From Caldisericia bacterium (GTDB taxonomy: Bacteria; Caldisericota; Caldisericia; JAAYUI01), in contig OY771555.1 of NCBI GenBank assembly GCA_963674785.1, forward strand, positions 1,888,001 through 1,952,000: a stretch of 64,000 bases of DNA. The letters are read 5' to 3'. Under the pieces are notes generated by a model. The model had not been told where the DNA came from. It searched no databases and worked only from the letters and a program-made list of their open reading frames with translations. Positions 61,269 through 64,000 of the stretch are shown piece by piece. Made by a program: the position numbers and the translations under genes. Every line of letters starts with the position of its first letter. The stretch's first letter is position 1.

Positions 61269-64000
61269 ATGAAAAGATTTGTTATTTTTGCTGTTGTGTT
61301 GGCTTTGATTATCCCAATGCTTTCAGCATCAGCACTCACAAAAACTGAGTGGCCAAACATGTTGAAAGATCCCGCACATACAAACTATCAGCCTGATGCA
61401 AACATCCCAGACGCAATGCAGCGAAACTGGGTATATTATCTTGATGAAGGTTCAACCCTTTCCCATGTTGCAGTTGGAGACAACATCTACTTCGGTAACT
61501 CAACAGGTGATATTATTTGCCTCAACCAAGAAACTGGAGAAGAGGTTTGGAAATACGAACTTGGTGTAAAAGGGACATCCTCAGTTGGTGTAACAAAGGG
61601 AAAACTCTGTTTTATGTGTTCAGTTGACAACAGAGAACCTGTTGAAGATGAAGGTGGAGCTCCTGGTGAAGGTGGCGGAAGACCTGGTGGTGGGGGTGGA
61701 AGACCCGGCGGAGGTCACCCAATGAGCTTGATCTCACCATCCATTACTACAGAAGAAAAAACCAATGCAATAATTGGGGTGCTTTCTCTTGAAGATGGTT
61801 CTGAACTCCACAAGGAAGCAATCATGGCTCCCACATCAATCACAGGCGGATTGATTTCGGACAACTATGTGTACCTTATTTATATAACATCTAACCCAGA
61901 GGCAACGGAAACCCCACCATCAAAACTGGTGTGTATGAATCCTGAAGACATGAGTGAGGTTTGGAGCTTAGATTATGATTTAACAATCGCAAGCATCATC
62001 ACTGAGGGCGATGGCAAGCTTTTCACATCAGCATCAAAAGTAAAATATGATGCAGCAAACCCAATGAACAGTGAAATCCTTGAGTCAAAACTTGTATCAT
62101 TCACAACATCTGGTGAAATTGCATGGGAAAAAAATCTTGGAAAAAACGAAAGCACTGGAATGATTTCATATGCAAATGGAGTCATATATTTCCCACTATT
62201 AGTCAGACCAGAAAGTTCCGAAGCAATCGGAATGCGCCAGAGACCATCTTCATTTATTGCTGCTGCTGATGCTAAAAGCGGTGAGGAAAAGTGGAGATTC
62301 GGATTAAAAGAAATCAATTACAATGATGAAGTAATCACCGATATGGCTTATTACGGTGCCCCTGCTATCACAAGCTTCGGACTCATTGTTCAGTGCGTAA
62401 TCAACCACACACTCTGTCTGTCCTTCGATGGTACTCTCAGATGGGTAAATGAGACACCTGGGGGAATGGCCTTTACCGGTATTCAGATTTCATGCACAAA
62501 AGATAAGGTTATAAGTACCCGTGGAAGCAAATTCTCAATTGCAAAAGGTTCATCTGGAGAGATTCTTTTTGTTGATGATATGAAAATGAGTGGCGGTGGA
62601 CTTGGTGCAATGATATCTGGAAACATGATCTTCCCAATTCCAATCATCGCAAATGACAAGGTTTTTGTCTGTGGCGACAGGATTATTTGTTACGGTGAAA
62701 AAGTTATTGGTCTCTATTCAGATCCAGCCAATGTCACATTAGATATTTACCCAGATGAAGAAAAAATAAGAAAAGTCAGGGTTTTCTACAACGACACAGG
62801 TGAAATCGACGGAACTCTCGAAGCAAAAGCAGATTGGATAAAGCTTTCATCAACAGAATACAAAACACTTTCTCAGGTTTACGATGTCACTCTTTCAGCA
62901 GCTGGATTTGAAGTCGGAAAATATGAATCAACAATCGAAGTAAAATCAACCGTTGGTGATTTATCTATTCCAGTCATTATGAACGTTGTTCCAAAACCAC
63001 CAATCAAACTTGAAATAAACCTTGATGATGAAACAATCACAAATCAGAATCCATTCCCAGTTGATGGTGTCACAAAACCAGGCGCAACTCTCACTGCAAA
63101 CGGCAGACCCATACAGGTCAAATCAGACGGAACATTCAGTGATGAAATCCCAATCAAAGAGGGCACAAACGAACTAATGTTCCACGCTGAAGATGGCGAC
63201 GGAAACATCGCAGACATAACAAAAATTGTTGTGCTTGATGACAAAAAACCAACAATCAGAGTCAACATTGCTGATGGACAGAAGGTTCTTTCACTTCCAT
63301 TTGAATTCTACGGAAGCACGGAGCCAGGCTCGAAACTCCTTGTAAATGATGAACCAGTTGAAGTAAAAAGCAACGGTGAGTTCACAGTTGTTATCGATGG
63401 AGTTGAAAACGGTGAGTATGTTGTTGAGATGGTCGCAAAAGATGTCGCTGGTAACACATTCAAACTGGAAAGAACAATCACAATTGACGCGTCCGAACTC
63501 GAGCTCGAGTTAACCCTTCCAACGCCAGGAATGGATGGCTCAAACCAGACCACATATAAACTTAAAGGTAAATCCACCCCAATGGTTTATATTATTGCAA
63601 GTATCGATGGCAAACCTGTTGGTCAGGGAATGGCAGGTGCCGATGGAACATTTGAAATAGATTTGACACTTGAAGGAGACGGTCAATACAAAGTTTCAGT
63701 TGTTGCAAGAGATATGCAGAGCGGAAAGATGTCAAATCCAGTTGAGTTTATGTTGTTAGTTGATTCCACTCCACCAACCCTTGAGGTTGAAATTCCAGAG
63801 ATCGTAAGCAGTGAAAAGCTAACTGTCACTGGAAAAACCGAACCAATGACCGCGGTATTTATCGATGATAACAAGGTTGCAGTTGGAATGGATGGAACTT
63901 TCACTTACGACATCACACTCAAAAAGGGAATCAATTCCATAACAATCAAAGCAATCGACATGGTTGGCAACGAAACAATTGTGGAAAAATATGTCAAACT
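61269..64000 (+). CDS. Large secreted PQQ-like propeller + multiple Ig-like domain protein, 3'-truncated (absent from ORF track)
   Basis: GGAGG RBS, MKRFVIFAVVLAL signal peptide, EWPNMLKDPAHTN motif, Gly/Pro-rich insert, repeated G.T.PG/DGTF/D..GN Ig-like units. Frame consistent at the window end (about 910 codons). Confidence 0.82.
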   Translation, partial: MKRFVIFAVVLALIIPMLSASALTKTEWPNMLKDPAHTNYQPDANIPDAMQRNWVYYLDEGSTLSHVAVGDNIYFGNSTGDIICLNQETGEEVWKYELGVKGTSSVGVTKGKLCFMCSVDNREPVEDEGGAPGEGGGRPGGGGGRPGGGHPMSLISPSITTEEKTNAIIGVLSLEDGSELHKEAIMAPTSITGGLISDNYVYLIYITSNPEATETPPSKLVCMNPEDMSEVWSLDYDLTIASIITEGDGKLFTSASKVKYDAANPMNSEILESKLVSFTTSGEIAWEKNLGKNESTGMISYANGVIYFPLLVRPESSEAIGMRQRPSSFIAAADAKSGEEKWRFGLKEINYNDEVITDMAYYGAPAITSFGLIVQCVINHTLCLSFDGTLRWVNETPGGMAFTGIQISCTKDKVISTRGSKFSIAKGSSGEILFVDDMKMSGGGLGAMISGNMIFPIPIIANDKVFVCGDRIICYGEKVIGLYSDPANVTLDIYPDEEKIRKVRVFYNDTGEIDGTLEAKADWIKLSSTEYKTLSQVYDVTLSAAGFEVGKYESTIEVKSTVGDLSIPVIMNVVPKPPIKLEINLDDETITNQNPFPVDGVTKPGATLTANGRPIQVKSDGTFSDEIPIKEGTNELMFHAEDGDGNIADITKIVVLDDKKPTIRVNIADGQKVLSLPFEFYGSTEPGSKLLVNDEPVEVKSNGEFTVVIDGVENGEYVVEMVAKDVAGNTFKLERTITIDASELELELTLPTPGMDGSNQTTYKLKGKSTPMVYIIASIDGKPVGQGMAGADGTFEIDLTLEGDGQYKVSVVARDMQSGKMSNPVEFMLLVDSTPPTLEVEIPEIVSSEKLTVTGKTEPMTAVFIDDNKVAVGMDGTFTYDITLKKGINSITIKAIDMVGNETIVEKYVK

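Noticed and set aside
61650-61720. GGT/GGC-rich low-complexity stretch
   Set aside because: Encodes an in-frame Gly/Pro/Arg linker (GGGRPGGGGGRPGGG), not a separate element.

Overview
Compact, AT-rich bacterial chromosome segment, mostly housekeeping. The many secreted PQQ/beta-propeller, PEGA, Ig-like and copper-amine-oxidase N-terminal ('stalk') domain proteins suggest a Caldisericota-like anaerobe (inference only). Contents: an arsR-permease-thioredoxin operon, tRNA-His, CIRCE-controlled grpE-dnaK-dnaJ-nfo and groES-groEL, a VTC/DUF4956/Cthe_2159 cassette, yitT-ftsEX-M23-ctpA-Ca-ATPase-gmk-rpoZ-plsY, tlyA, mfd followed by a phosphatase-MazG fusion, a long minus-strand unit (tRNAs-tig-clpPX-lon-rimO-thpR-recA-recX-rny-ymdB), 9 tRNAs in total, rplU-arcE-like-argF, a MATE exporter, hypAB, a sodium:solute symporter with an unannotated 35-aa partner, and enolase. 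I saw no transposase, integrase, prophage or CRISPR array. Best leads: (1) a CX5R phosphatase fused to a tandem MazG and translationally coupled to mfd; (2) the VTC cassette and the adjacent orphan gene, which share an upstream motif, RBS, 26-aa C-terminal tail and terminator; (3) a probable arginine-synthetase (ArcE)/OTC pair placed behind rplU where rpmA normally sits; (4) a Thermoplasma-type DnaK under a variant CIRCE; (5) repeated leaderless-mRNA signatures; (6) a hairpin that could sequester the RBS of the symporter operon. All calls come from reading motifs by eye; no database searches were run.
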